DNA from: Mantamonas sphyraenae STR306
Lineage: Eukaryota; Protista; CRuMs
Assembly: GCA_026936335.1 (NCBI GenBank)
Contig: JAPMXV010000037.1
Coordinates: forward strand, 231,503-295,502
DNA: 64,000 nt
Reading direction: 5' to 3'
Part shown: piece after piece, positions 33,887 to 44,628 of the stretch
Numbering within the stretch: the first letter of the stretch is position 1
How the letters are laid out: every line of letters begins with the position of its first letter
Notes under the pieces: model-generated
The model's input: only the letters and a program-made list of their open reading frames with translations
What the model was told of the DNA's origin: nothing
The model's database searches: none
Translations under genes and position numbers: made by a program

Positions 33887-34229
33887 AGAAGAGGGCAATG
33901 AAACGGAGAATTTTGATTGAGGAGAAAATCCAGGAGTGGGCGTGAGATCGTGAATTTAAGTCTGAATCAAAATTTAAAGATCGGTATGTAGGTGGAAGCA
34001 TGTACGGGGCCCAGGGAAGAGGTGGGTGCAGCATGCCGGGGGAAGTGGATTCAGGGAGGAATTGGGCGGATTAGGGAGTGTGACGGGGATTGTGTTGTGT
34101 GGCAGCGGAATGGAGGACTTTTCGGCGGGAACGGAGAAAAGGAAAGGGGTCAGAACGAGAATTCGAAGCACTTCGACGACAACCTCGAACTCGCGCCGGC
34201 CAAGGCATACTAACAGCAAACTTTGCAAC

Positions 34230-37200
34230 ATGTAGGTGGCGGGATGTGATGTTGGGGGTCCCGCTCAACAGTGTGGATAGGATGAGAGGTGCATGGGTGC
34301 AGTGCAGCAGCGCTGCAGAGTCTGGATAGCGCGGCGGAAAGTGCCCGTTTTTTTTTCTGAGGGATGCGCAATTTTGTTGCGAACACTTTCCTGAGCTGAC
34401 ACACGGGACGGGGTGTTGCACAGGGCAAACGAGAAGCAACAGGCAGCAGCCTGGGTTGTGGCATTGGCCATGGTGCTTGTGTGTGTGCTCCCTGCATGCG
34501 CAGAGAGCACAGAGATGAGCGTGAGCGAGGCGCAATTGGCGCGGGAGGGAAAAGAGGAAATCATCCAAGTGCCGGAGACGGTGACGGATGAGGAGTTTTT
34601 CGACTTGGCCACCTACGAGCGTGGGCCGGCGACGACGGAGATTGAGGATCGTGATCTTCAGCCTCTGTACGGCCTGCTGGCGGCGCAGGGGGTCAAGACG
34701 AACCAGGCGGAAGTTCGCACGTTTGTGAAGGGCCCCGTGGTGGTGCATGAGCAGTATATGTCTGTGGCACCGGAGTACCACTCGCACCTGAACATGGTTG
34801 CCGAACCCGTGAACGAGCTGGACAACAACAAGGCGCTGAAGCAGATCCGCAAGCAGGCGCATGCAATCGGCCGCCAAGTGGCGCGCTCGCAGAAGCAGGA
34901 GGGGTCTGACTCGGTGGAGGACGTGGACAGCGACGAAGAGGACGTTGCCGACCGCCTGGAGCAGCTGCTGACGGACTACGACGAGTCGACGGTAGTGCAG
35001 CACGTCCAGAACATGGAGGAGCTGGCCAAGCAGGGCCTGATCTTTGCGGGCGACCGCAAGGATGGTGTCTTTACGGCCACATGCGAGTTTATGAAGGCCC
35101 ACTCTGCCAAGATGGCAGTTGGGGCCACGTTCTCGCTGCCTTCGGGTTTGTACAAGGTGACCGGCATCCACGCCCCCAGCGGAGCCAGCGCCTGGACGCA
35201 AGGAAGCTCGCTGACGTGCGACATCAACTCGTTGCCGTACCATATCACGTGCCGCAACGCGGAGCTGGAAGACGTGGTCAAGGATGCCACCGTGCACTCT
35301 GAGATCCGACAGGTGCAGGGCGAGGTGCGCAACGCAGAGACGAACGAGCGCGTGCCGACGCGTCCGCAGGAAGTGCAGGAAGAGGATTTGAAGCTGGCCA
35401 AGGCCATGCAGGAGGATCTTCGCCAGGACCGTGTGGCCAGCACGTACGATGATCAGGTGGAGAGTCTGCTGAAGGATCTGGGCGACCACGTGTGGCGCAT
35501 TGCCAGCAAGTCGGGAACCTGGGTGCGTGGAAGCAATCACAAGGATGTGATTGAAGCCACCAAGGAGCTGCGTGCCAACGTGCAGAAGGAGGCACGCAAG
35601 CTGTTTGATTCGCAGAAGGAGGCAGTGATCCAGGAGGTGATTGCCCGCCACGACAAGTTTACCGCTGCCGACTCTTCTTCCGACCAGAAGGATGGTGAGG
35701 ACGATGAGGTTTCCGATGTGAACCGAGACTTTTGGCGTGTGTTCCGCAGGATCGGCGATGCTTTCCGACGTGCGGCCAGGGCTTTTGCGGCCGCGTTGAG
35801 GGCCATCAAGGCCGCAGCCACGCGCACGTGGAACCGCCTCAAGAACACGGTGGTGTCTGTGGTGCGTACGGTGCGCCGTGCGGCAGCAGCGGCATGGAAC
35901 ACGGTCAAGTCCGTCACGAGGCATCTGACGCACGAGTTTGCCAAGTTTGGCCAAGCGGTGGCAAACCATGTGAACAACTTTGCCAACAAGGTTGCACAGG
36001 TGGTGCGCCACGTGGGTGCTGCGATGAAGCAGGTGATGCACAAGGTGGCCACGTTTGTGAAGCGTGCGGTGGACGAGATCGGCAAGGTGGTGAAGAAGAT
36101 GATTGAGATTGTCAAGTTTATCATCCAGGCGATGATGGGCAACATCGACGTGTACGTGGAAAAGGCGTATGGGTTTTCGTTTGTGAAGCACAACATGGAC
36201 CTGATCAACACGCACGAGGACAAGTACATGGATGCGCTGACGAAGAAGCTGAAGGAGCTGAGGAACAAGAAGAAGGGCAAGCCGGCCAACAACAAGAAGA
36301 AGGGCGGCGGAAGCAGCAGCAACGTGAAGCTGAACGGCCTTGTGCGTGCTACGGAGTTGGAAGCTTCGATCCAGCCCAAGTTTATCTTTGCGTTGAAGAT
36401 CAAGAAGTGGCTGCTTCGCCACCTGAAGATGGAGATGGTGGGCCGCATCCGCGTGGCAGCTGCGCTGTTGGTGCAGGTGTCGATGGAGTGGTCTGTGTCC
36501 AAGGACAAGATGCCGTACGACAGGCGCGTGGCGCGCAAGGCGTTTACCATTGGCCCCGTGCCGGTGTGGATCGACATCCACGGCCAGGTGGTTGTGGGAG
36601 CGTCCATGACAGTCCGTGCAGGCATCCAGTTCAAGTTGGGTGGTTCGTTGGGCGTGCACTGGCGCATTGGTGCACACGTGACGAGCCCGAACGGCTTCAA
36701 GTTCAACTTCAAGTTTATCCACCACTTTAGCACGGAGCGCAAGTTCATCAAGCCCAACGGCTTCCGTCCCTGCGCCTCTGTGGAGATTGAGGTGTTTGTG
36801 CGCCCGCAGATTGCGGTGAAGATCTACAGCGCGGCCGGCCCGACGTTCTCGCTGGAGCCGTACATGAAGCTTGTGTTTGTGCCCGCGGGTGCAACCGAGT
36901 GCATTGTGCCGCTGCAGACGCACGAGAAGCTGGCCAAGACGGAGGCGCCGATGTCTGCCGTGAACAAGAAGAACAAGCTGTCGTTCTACCTGGGCTTCCG
37001 CATCAACGTGGGCGTGCAGGTGAAGATTTTCGGCAAGGAGCTTGTGTCGCACACGTTCCCTGTGTACGAGGCACCCGAGAAGCTGCTGTTTTCGTTTGAG
37101 ATCCCGCTGCCGGCCAACCTGCGCAAGGCACTGAACATGAAGAACGCCCAGGTGGCCGAGTACGACGAAGAGGGGGAGGACAAGACGACGAGCGAGGAGG

Positions 37201-39836
37201 CGATGGAGGAGCTGACCAAGACGCTGACATCGCTGGCTTCGAGGAAGCAGAGCGTGGCAGCACGCCCTGTGGAGGAGATGTCGACACAGGAGCTTGCTGC
37301 TCTGCCTGCGGAGCGCGACCCGAGCCGCTTCTACCCGCAGTGGTCGATGGGCGTGGTGTCGATGGAGGAGCGCAACGTGGAGGACCGTGTCAACGCGGAC
37401 GAAGCCGAGGCGATGGACATCGACAGCCGCGCGAAGCGCATTGCGCAGGAGGCGTTTGGCATTGTGCGTGCGCCTGAGGAGGAGGAAGATGAGGAGAAGG
37501 AAGACAACGAGTCGGACAGCGAGGTGGAGGAGGAGGACGAGGCGCTGGAAGCATCGGAAAGCGAGCAGCTGGAGGGCAGCGAGGTGGAGGACGTTGAGAC
37601 GCAGCAGTTTTCGGAGGAGGTCAAGCAGGTGATGAGCACGTACAATGCGTTCCGTCACAACCTGGACTGGAACACATTCCAGCTGGACAAGTACCAGGGC
37701 CAGTTCCGTCACGGACGCCACCTGTTCATCCAGTACCGTGAGGCGGCGCTTGCGCAACAGCGCCACGTGGGACACTGGACGCACCTGTGGCACTCGTCGA
37801 AGCATGCATGGCAGCACCATGAGAACATTGTGAGGCATCTGACGCACGAACGAAACAAGTTTGTGCGTGCGCTGAACCACCACCGACACTGGTTCCACGT
37901 GCACCAGCGCATCATTCCGCACCTGAAGCACCAGCGCAACCATTGGGCACACCTTGCGCGTGTGCACAACAACGCACACTTCAGGCACTTGGCGCACAGG
38001 TTTCAACACGAGCTGAACCGTCGTGTTCACCTGATGAACCACGACCGACACTGGATGCACGTGTGGCAGCATCGCGTCAATCACGTTCTTGCACGCCTTC
38101 GCCAACACACGCACCTGCGCAAGGTGTTCTGGGACAGGTTCCATCACTACCGGCACCTCGTGAACCACTTCCGCCACATGAACCACTACTGGCGTGTGAC
38201 ATGGCCACCCCGCGCACGTCATCTGCGTGCGCAGATCCACCGCTTCCAGCACGGCGTGCATGTGTTTGCCGCCAACTGGAACGACCACACGGTGGTTCAT
38301 CGGGAGCACGCAAAGCGCCATCACCTCTTGCGTTTGGCGGCTGCACTTCGGCCGCAGCTTGTTGTGCCGACAAGGCACTTGCACCACTGGCAGCACCTTG
38401 TGAACGAGGCACAGCGTCACTTTGCGCACTGGAACCACCAGTGGCATCACTGGAACCATCAGTGGCACACCTGGAACCACAAGCAGCACGTGATTCACCG
38501 CAAGCACGAAGTACCGGAGTGGCACGCATGGAGGCACAACCTGCACATGCGAGACATCATGCACAGGGCGATCCATCACCACGGTCACTTTTTCCGTGTC
38601 AATGGTCTCGGTGAGCTGTTCCCTGAGCTGCAGCGCCGCTTCCACCTGTACAACCACCGCTACCACCACCATCTGCGACAGTGGCACCACTGGCGTCACC
38701 AGCGCCACCTTGCGTTCCGCCATCGCGACCACGCGGGACACATGCGACACCGTGCGACTGGGCCCCGTGACCACTGGGCCCGCATGCGCGCAGTACGCCT
38801 GCCGCACCTGCACCACTGGCAGCGTGTGGTGAACCACCTGAACCACCGCATCCACCACGCGTTGCACCTGGCACACCTTGCGCTGCTGAAGATCCAGTGG
38901 ATGCACGCACGCATGCGCAAGTGGGCTGCCAACCCTGCTATCGGGCGTGAGTGGCACCACGTGCTGCATCACCTGCGCCTGGCTCGCTTCCACCTGTACC
39001 GCATGCAGGAAGCAAACAACCAGCACGAGGTGAACAAGGCACATCACGCAGTGAACCACTGGCGTCATCTCCTGGAGAAGGTGCTTGTGAAGCGCATGGG
39101 CAACCAGGAGCTGACGACGATTGTGCAGTGGACGACCCACAACTACAACCGTCAGATGGCCAAGCTGCGTGCCACAGAGGCTCGCCTGAGGGGTTACCAC
39201 CAAAAGGCGAACCACTGGATGCGCTCTGCAGAGCAGTTCTTCAACTGGATGCGCGACGCACACAGGCATCACAAGGACGGTGGAGCGGCTGCACAGCGAC
39301 GGCACATGCCGGAGTACAACCGCCGCGTGAACCTGAGCAGGCACTATAACCGTCTGATGCAAGCGCAGACGGGTGCGCTTCGCAGCGAACGCGACCACCT
39401 GACGTACCTGTCGCATCGTCTGCAGTACCTGAACGGCGGTTCGCACCTTGTGCTGCGTGAGCACGAACAGCGCAAGATCACGGAGCAGATCAAGCAGCTT
39501 CTGGCCACGCCTGCGGTGCGTCAGCTGCGCCATGCAGCACGTGAGGCACTGCGCACGCGTGCCACGGCCATGCGCAACCTGATCCGTGTGGCGTCGCTGA
39601 GCCGAGGTGTGCCTCGTGAGGCGCGCCACGCCATGACCCAGAGCATCCGTGACGCACTGGTCAAGACGCGTTCGGTGTTGGACCGTGATTGGGAAGTGAA
39701 CCAAAAGATCGTTGGCTGGGCCAAGCAGGCAGCGTTGGATGCCCGACGCTGGCTGAGCAACACCCCGTCGCCGCACGTGCGTGCTGACGAGGAGCGTCGT
39801 GCACAGGCTCATGCCGACAAGATTCACCGTGGATGA
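34230..39836 (+). CDS. Large secreted protein (~1804 aa) with a cationic amphipathic segment, beta-rich domain, acidic linker and ~600-aa His/Arg/Trp-rich C-terminal region; intron 34232-34423 splits the ATG
   Basis: 5.4-kb open frame with strong codon bias; signal-like AAAWVVALAMVLVCVLPACAES; AT|GTAGGT..GCTGAC..CAG|G reconstitutes an in-frame start codon. Confidence 0.85.
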
Positions 39837-39944
39837 ACGCAGTCCCAGTAGTTTGCTTGGGAACCAAAAGAGCGAATGAAGAAGCATTGTGAATCATCGT
39901 GGCGCCGTGGGAGACAAAGGGAAAGGGAATTCGAAGCGAACGAC

Positions 39945-41430
39945 ATGAGGACAGGGAGCGTTGTTTTGATGGCGCTGTTGACGCTGGCAGTGTGCACGTC
40001 AGCATTGTTTACGCAGCGGCCGCATGTGGGCGCGAAGGACATGGAAGGGCAGACGGCGCAGTGGTTTACGCAGACGCTGGACCACTTTGAGTCGTCGGAC
40101 ACGCGGACGTTCCAGCAGAAGTACTACGTGAACAGCACGTGGTTCAAGGCGGGAGGACCGATTGTGCTGTACATCAGTGGAGAAGGTAAGGGTTGAGCAA
40201 AGAGGGGCGGGGGCGGGGGGAGAGGCGGCGGAATCCACGCGAGCTGACGTGAGGGCACACACAGGACCGTGCTCGGGAATCCACCCGAACGACTTTACAC
40301 TGGAGATGGCGGAGGCACTGTCGGGGATGGTGGTGACGCTGGAGCATCGGTTCTACGGTGCGTCGCAGCCGTTTTCGACGCTGACGACGGCCAACCTGAA
40401 GTACCTGACGTCGAGCCAGGCGCTGGCAGACTGGAATGCGTTCCGGAACCATCTGGCAAGCGAGAACCCTGGCAGCAAGTTTGTGATTGTGGGCGGATCG
40501 TACTCGGGGGCACTGTCTGCGTTCTTTCGGGAAAAGTACCCGGACGCAGTGGAGGGAGCGGTGAGCAGCTCGGGAGTGGTGCATGCCATCCTGGACTTTT
40601 ACGAGTTTGACGAGCAAGTGGCCAAGAGCGCAGGGCCGACGTGCACACTGGCACTGCAGAACATCACAGGGTACATTGAGAGTCAACTGGCAGGAGGGGC
40701 AGAGGCAAACGCAGCGGTGAAGAGTGTGTTTGGTGCGGAGGAGCTGCTGGACGGGGACTTTCTGTACATGATGGCAGACACGGCTGCAGAACTGATCCAG
40801 TATGGATACTATGCCGAACTGTGCACGCCTCTGGTGGAGAGCTGGGTGCATTCGGGAACCCCGGAGGAGCTGCTGCAGCTGTTTGCCGGAATCTACAAGG
40901 ACACGTGGGAGCCGAACCTGAACCCGGGGGGCCCGCAGGAGTACAGCACCAAGTACGGCCAGCGTGTGGATACGGAGGACAGTGCAGGACGAAGCTGGTG
41001 GTGGGAAAAGTGCAACGAGTTTGCGTTCTTCCAGGTTGCGCCGAGCAGCAACAGCATCCGCTCGTCTCAGATCGATCTGGCATGGCATCGTCAGCGGTGC
41101 GAGGCACTGTTTGGACAGGGCACGTGGCCGGATGTGAACGAGACGAACCAGAAGTACGGGGCACTGGGTCTGCACAACGCAACGAATGTGGTGTTTACGC
41201 AGGGCAGTGCAGACCCATGGCAGCGTGCGGGGATCTCGACGTCGTCGCCACAGCGTGGCTTTGAGGCGCAGGTGATTGAGTGTGTCAACTGTGGCCATTG
41301 TGTGGACCTGCGCGGCTGTCCGTCGGCCGGGCCGCACACAGCAGGCGGTTGTGCTGGCAATGGGTCGCAGGAGTTGGTGGCGTGGAGAAAGGTGATTGTG
41401 GAGACGGTTGGGAAGTGGGTTGGGCAGTGA
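39945..41430 (+). CDS. Secreted/lysosomal serine peptidase, family S28; intron 40186-40264
   Basis: Signal peptide, WFTQTLDHF, TFQQKY, SGEG, LEHRFYG.S.P, QALAD, GGSYSGA (Ser), DPW (Asp), HCVDL (His). Confidence 0.93.
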
Positions 41431-41499
41431 TGATGGAGAGGATGCGCAGAATGAGAATGAAGAGAATGAATGATGGGTTGGGTTTGGACGAATTGAGGC

Positions 41500-41585
41500 G
41501 GGTGGAGGGGGGGGGGGGGGGGGGAAGGGGGGAGTGGGAGAGGGAGTGGGTGAGGGAGTGGGAGAGGGCGTGGGGTGGTGGAGGA
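41500..41585 (+). other. Poly-G / G-run tract (potential G-quadruplex) between the S28 peptidase and tafazzin genes
   Basis: An ~18-nt G homopolymer followed by multiple GGG runs (GGGAGAGGGAGTGGGTGAGGGAGTGGG). Confidence 0.6.
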
Positions 41586-41638
41586 GGATATGGTGCAACG
41601 TGGTGGCGATCGGGGGCCCAAAGAAAAAGGCCAGTGCA

Positions 41639-42583
41639 ATGGAGGGGCACGAGGGCAATGAGGAGGAGGAGGAGGTGGTGGCGTGGGCAGTGAGTGCGTG
41701 CGCGTATGTGTTTCGCAATCCGTCGTTTGTGCTGGTGGACAAGGAGCGGCGGGAGGAGCTGGTGCGGGAAAGGCACGCATGGTGGTTTGAGGAAAGGCAG
41801 GCGGAGGTGGAGGCGGCGCGGAAGGCAGCGTACGATGCGGGAGTGACGTCGACGGCAGGGGAGCGTGTGGTGGTAAGTGTGTTGGGGTGGCTGAGCCAGT
41901 GGTGGATGGAAATGGTGAACGAGACAGAGGTGGTGGGCGACGGGCGGGAGGTGATGCAGCGGGCAGTGTTTGGACGGCCGGCGGGGGTGCCGCTGGTGAC
42001 GGTGTGCAACCACGTGAGTGCAGTGGATGATCCAATGGCCATGGCACCGTTGATGTCTGCACTGCAGGTGATGGAAACCAACCGGATGCGGTGGACATTC
42101 TGCGCAAGCAACCGGTGCTTTGTGAATCCGGTGATTGGGGCCGTGTTTACACGAGGCAAGGTGCTGTCCATTGCACGGGGCGAAGGGCTGGAGCAAAAGG
42201 GACTGGCAGACGGGGTGGCGAAGCTGGACAACGGCGAGTGGGTGCATCTGTTTCCACACGGGACACGGGAGCGGGAAGGACGGGTGGCAACTGTGAAGCT
42301 GGGAGTGAGCAAGTTGATCTGCGATGCCAAACAGACGCCGCTCGTGGTGGCGTACGCGCACGAGGGCATGGACAGGCTGTGGCCTCGGGGGTCTTATCCG
42401 CGACGGAAGCAGCATGTGGTGCTGAGGGTGGGCCAGCCCTTGGCGTTTCATGATCTGGTGGCATACCACCGCGAACGGGGCCACGATGACGTTGTTTTGT
42501 ACATGGATGTGGCGACGCGGCTGAGCGCAGCGATGCAGGAATTGCACGGCGGGGGTTGGGTCGGGGAGGAGGGGGACATGTGA
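41639..42583 (+). CDS. TAZ: Tafazzin-like phospholipid acyltransferase
   Basis: LVTVCNHVSAVDDP (HxxxxD), MRWTFCA..RCF, GKVL.I.RGEGL.Q, GEWVHLFPHG, KLGV.KLI. Confidence 0.88.
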   Translation: MEGHEGNEEEEEVVAWAVSACAYVFRNPSFVLVDKERREELVRERHAWWFEERQAEVEAARKAAYDAGVTSTAGERVVVSVLGWLSQWWMEMVNETEVVGDGREVMQRAVFGRPAGVPLVTVCNHVSAVDDPMAMAPLMSALQVMETNRMRWTFCASNRCFVNPVIGAVFTRGKVLSIARGEGLEQKGLADGVAKLDNGEWVHLFPHGTREREGRVATVKLGVSKLICDAKQTPLVVAYAHEGMDRLWPRGSYPRRKQHVVLRVGQPLAFHDLVAYHRERGHDDVVLYMDVATRLSAAMQELHGGGWVGEEGDM

Positions 42584-42676
42584 GAGGAGAGGTGCGAAAT
42601 GGAGAAATGGAAAGTGGGTTCCGGTGCGTCGGGCCAACCAAGAAAAATTGTATTGGAATCAAGAAAAGAGAGCAGG

Positions 42677-43255
42677 ATGGCAAGCACAACAACCCAGCGC
42701 AAGGTGGGACAGAACACAGCCACAGTACAGGCGGGTGGGGAGAAGGAAAAGCCGAGCATGGCCGAGGTGCAGCAAAACTGGGCATACCGAGGAGCGATCG
42801 GCATGCTGGTGGGCATCTTCTTTGGACTGGTGATGGAGAAGAGCAAGGTGAACTTGCCTGGAGTCATCCGGATGACGTTTATGCTGGAAGGATTCACAAT
42901 GTTCAAGTTTTTCGCGGTGGGGTCGGCAGTGGGCATGCTGTGTGTGGCTCTGCTGCTGGCTATGGGCAAGTACAAGCGCGACCCAGGTGTAGGTTGTCAC
43001 GTGGGAGCGTGGTGGTGTGGGGAGAGGACGGAAGGAGCGGAAAGAGCGAACGGGCGGATTGATGTCCGGACATCAGTCCGGAGTGCTCGCGATGCTCAGG
43101 ATGCGTGGGGAGGGTGACGGGACAGGGACAGTGAGATCGGCTGTTGTGTGTGGAGATACTGTGCTTTGCTGAAGCAAACAGGGGTGCACCACGTTGATGC
43201 TGTCGATCTGGGGAGTTGTGGAGATGCTTGGAGAGATGCTGACACACGATGGACA

Positions 43256-43289
<34 letters not shown>

Positions 43290-44230
43290 AGAAATTCCAC
43301 GTGGTGCCTGTGGCAGTGGGATCGCTGATGCTTGGCGCTGGCATGGCCATCAGCGGGTCGTGCCCTGGCACGATGGCAGTGCAGGTGGGCGCCGGACAGC
43401 ATTACGCTTGGATCATCATTGCAGGTGCCTACGCAGGAGTGACGGTGTACTCGCTGCTGAGCGACCGCATCCACGCGTCGGGCTTCTACAACGCGTGGAA
43501 CTTGGGTCCGTTGACAATGGACGGGATGCTGGGAGTCAAGGATGAACGGTCGATGTGGAAGGTGGGCGTGGTGATGGCATTGACGCTGGGCGGACTGGCA
43601 GCAGTGTCGGAGGTTGTGTCGCCAAGCGGGGCAGAGATCGGCATGCTGGTGGACTATGTGGAGAACGCGGACAGCGTGAAGGAGTACGTGACCGGGGCCA
43701 ACTGGTTCACGATGAACAAGTTTGCGTACTCGGGTATCATGGGAGGCATCTTTGTGGGTCTGCTGCAGCTGCCGACGATCATGCTGAGCGGGGGTCTGCT
43801 GGGCGCAAGCTCGGTGTACGTGGCAGTGAGCGGACACACGGTGCACAAGCTGGCACCCAAGGTGGACGTGCACTCGATTCCGTACTACAAGCGCCTCATG
43901 TACAGCCCCAAGGCGGTGCAGCAAGGCGGGATGGCGCTTGGGGCAGCGCTGGCGTCGTGGATGAGCTCGTCGATGACCGACGCGGTGCTGGAGCCGATGA
44001 AGTATGATGTTCGCAGCGTGATTGCCTATTTCATGGGCGGGTTCCTGTTTCTGTTTGGGGCGCGTCTGGCAGGAGGGTGCACGAGCGGGAACGGCCTGAG
44101 CGGGACGTCGCAGCTGCAGCTGAAGGGAATGCTCGCTGCAGCCGGGATTTTTGGTGGGGGCATCGCGACGTCGCTGGCCATGAAGGCTGCGGGGATTCTG
44201 CCGTACCCGTCTGCGAACTTTGTGTGGTGA
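42677..44230 (+). CDS. YeeE/YedE-family (thiosulfate/sulfur-compound) transporter; intron 42989-43291
   Basis: G..FG..MEK, GMAISGSCPGT, LGASS, GGFLFLFGARLAGGCTSGNGLSG; many Gly-rich TM helices. Confidence 0.85.
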
Positions 44231-44628
44231 CGGGAATGAAAATCGGCATTGGGAAATGAGTGTGTGTGTGTGGCGGTCGGCGGTCGAGTCGCTGGCGGGA
44301 CAAACACAAAGATGGACCGACAAGGTGGGTTGATGTGTGTTGACAGAGTGGGTGTCAGTGTGTTGTTTTTGGCAATGGTGGTTGGTGGGTGCAGTGCGGG
44401 GGAATGCGTTCAACCAGCTTCGCTTCCGGCGGGGCAAGGAGTCTTGGCAAGCGCAACGGCAGCATGCAACGCATCTAACAACCGGCGCATTTTCACAGAA
44501 TCAGAGTCTGAAGGTGGGTGGGCTGGTGGTTTGAGAATGCCTGGTGATGGAGAGGGAGAGGAAAGGTGGCCGACGGAAGGGAGGGGGAAAGATGGTGCAC
44601 ACGCGCTCACAACAGCAGAGCAGACGAA

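Noticed and set aside
33887-34229. Longer, more AT-rich spacers (also 44231-44628) examined for tRNA or snRNA genes
   Set aside because: No cloverleaf, A/B boxes or recognisable snRNA motifs by eye; a covariance-model search would be needed to exclude them.
34071-39887. 1938-aa antisense ORF covering the His-rich gene
   Set aside because: It mirrors the sense frame codon for codon; avoidance of TTA/CTA/TCA codons in a biased gene removes antisense stops, and the translation has no protein-like features.
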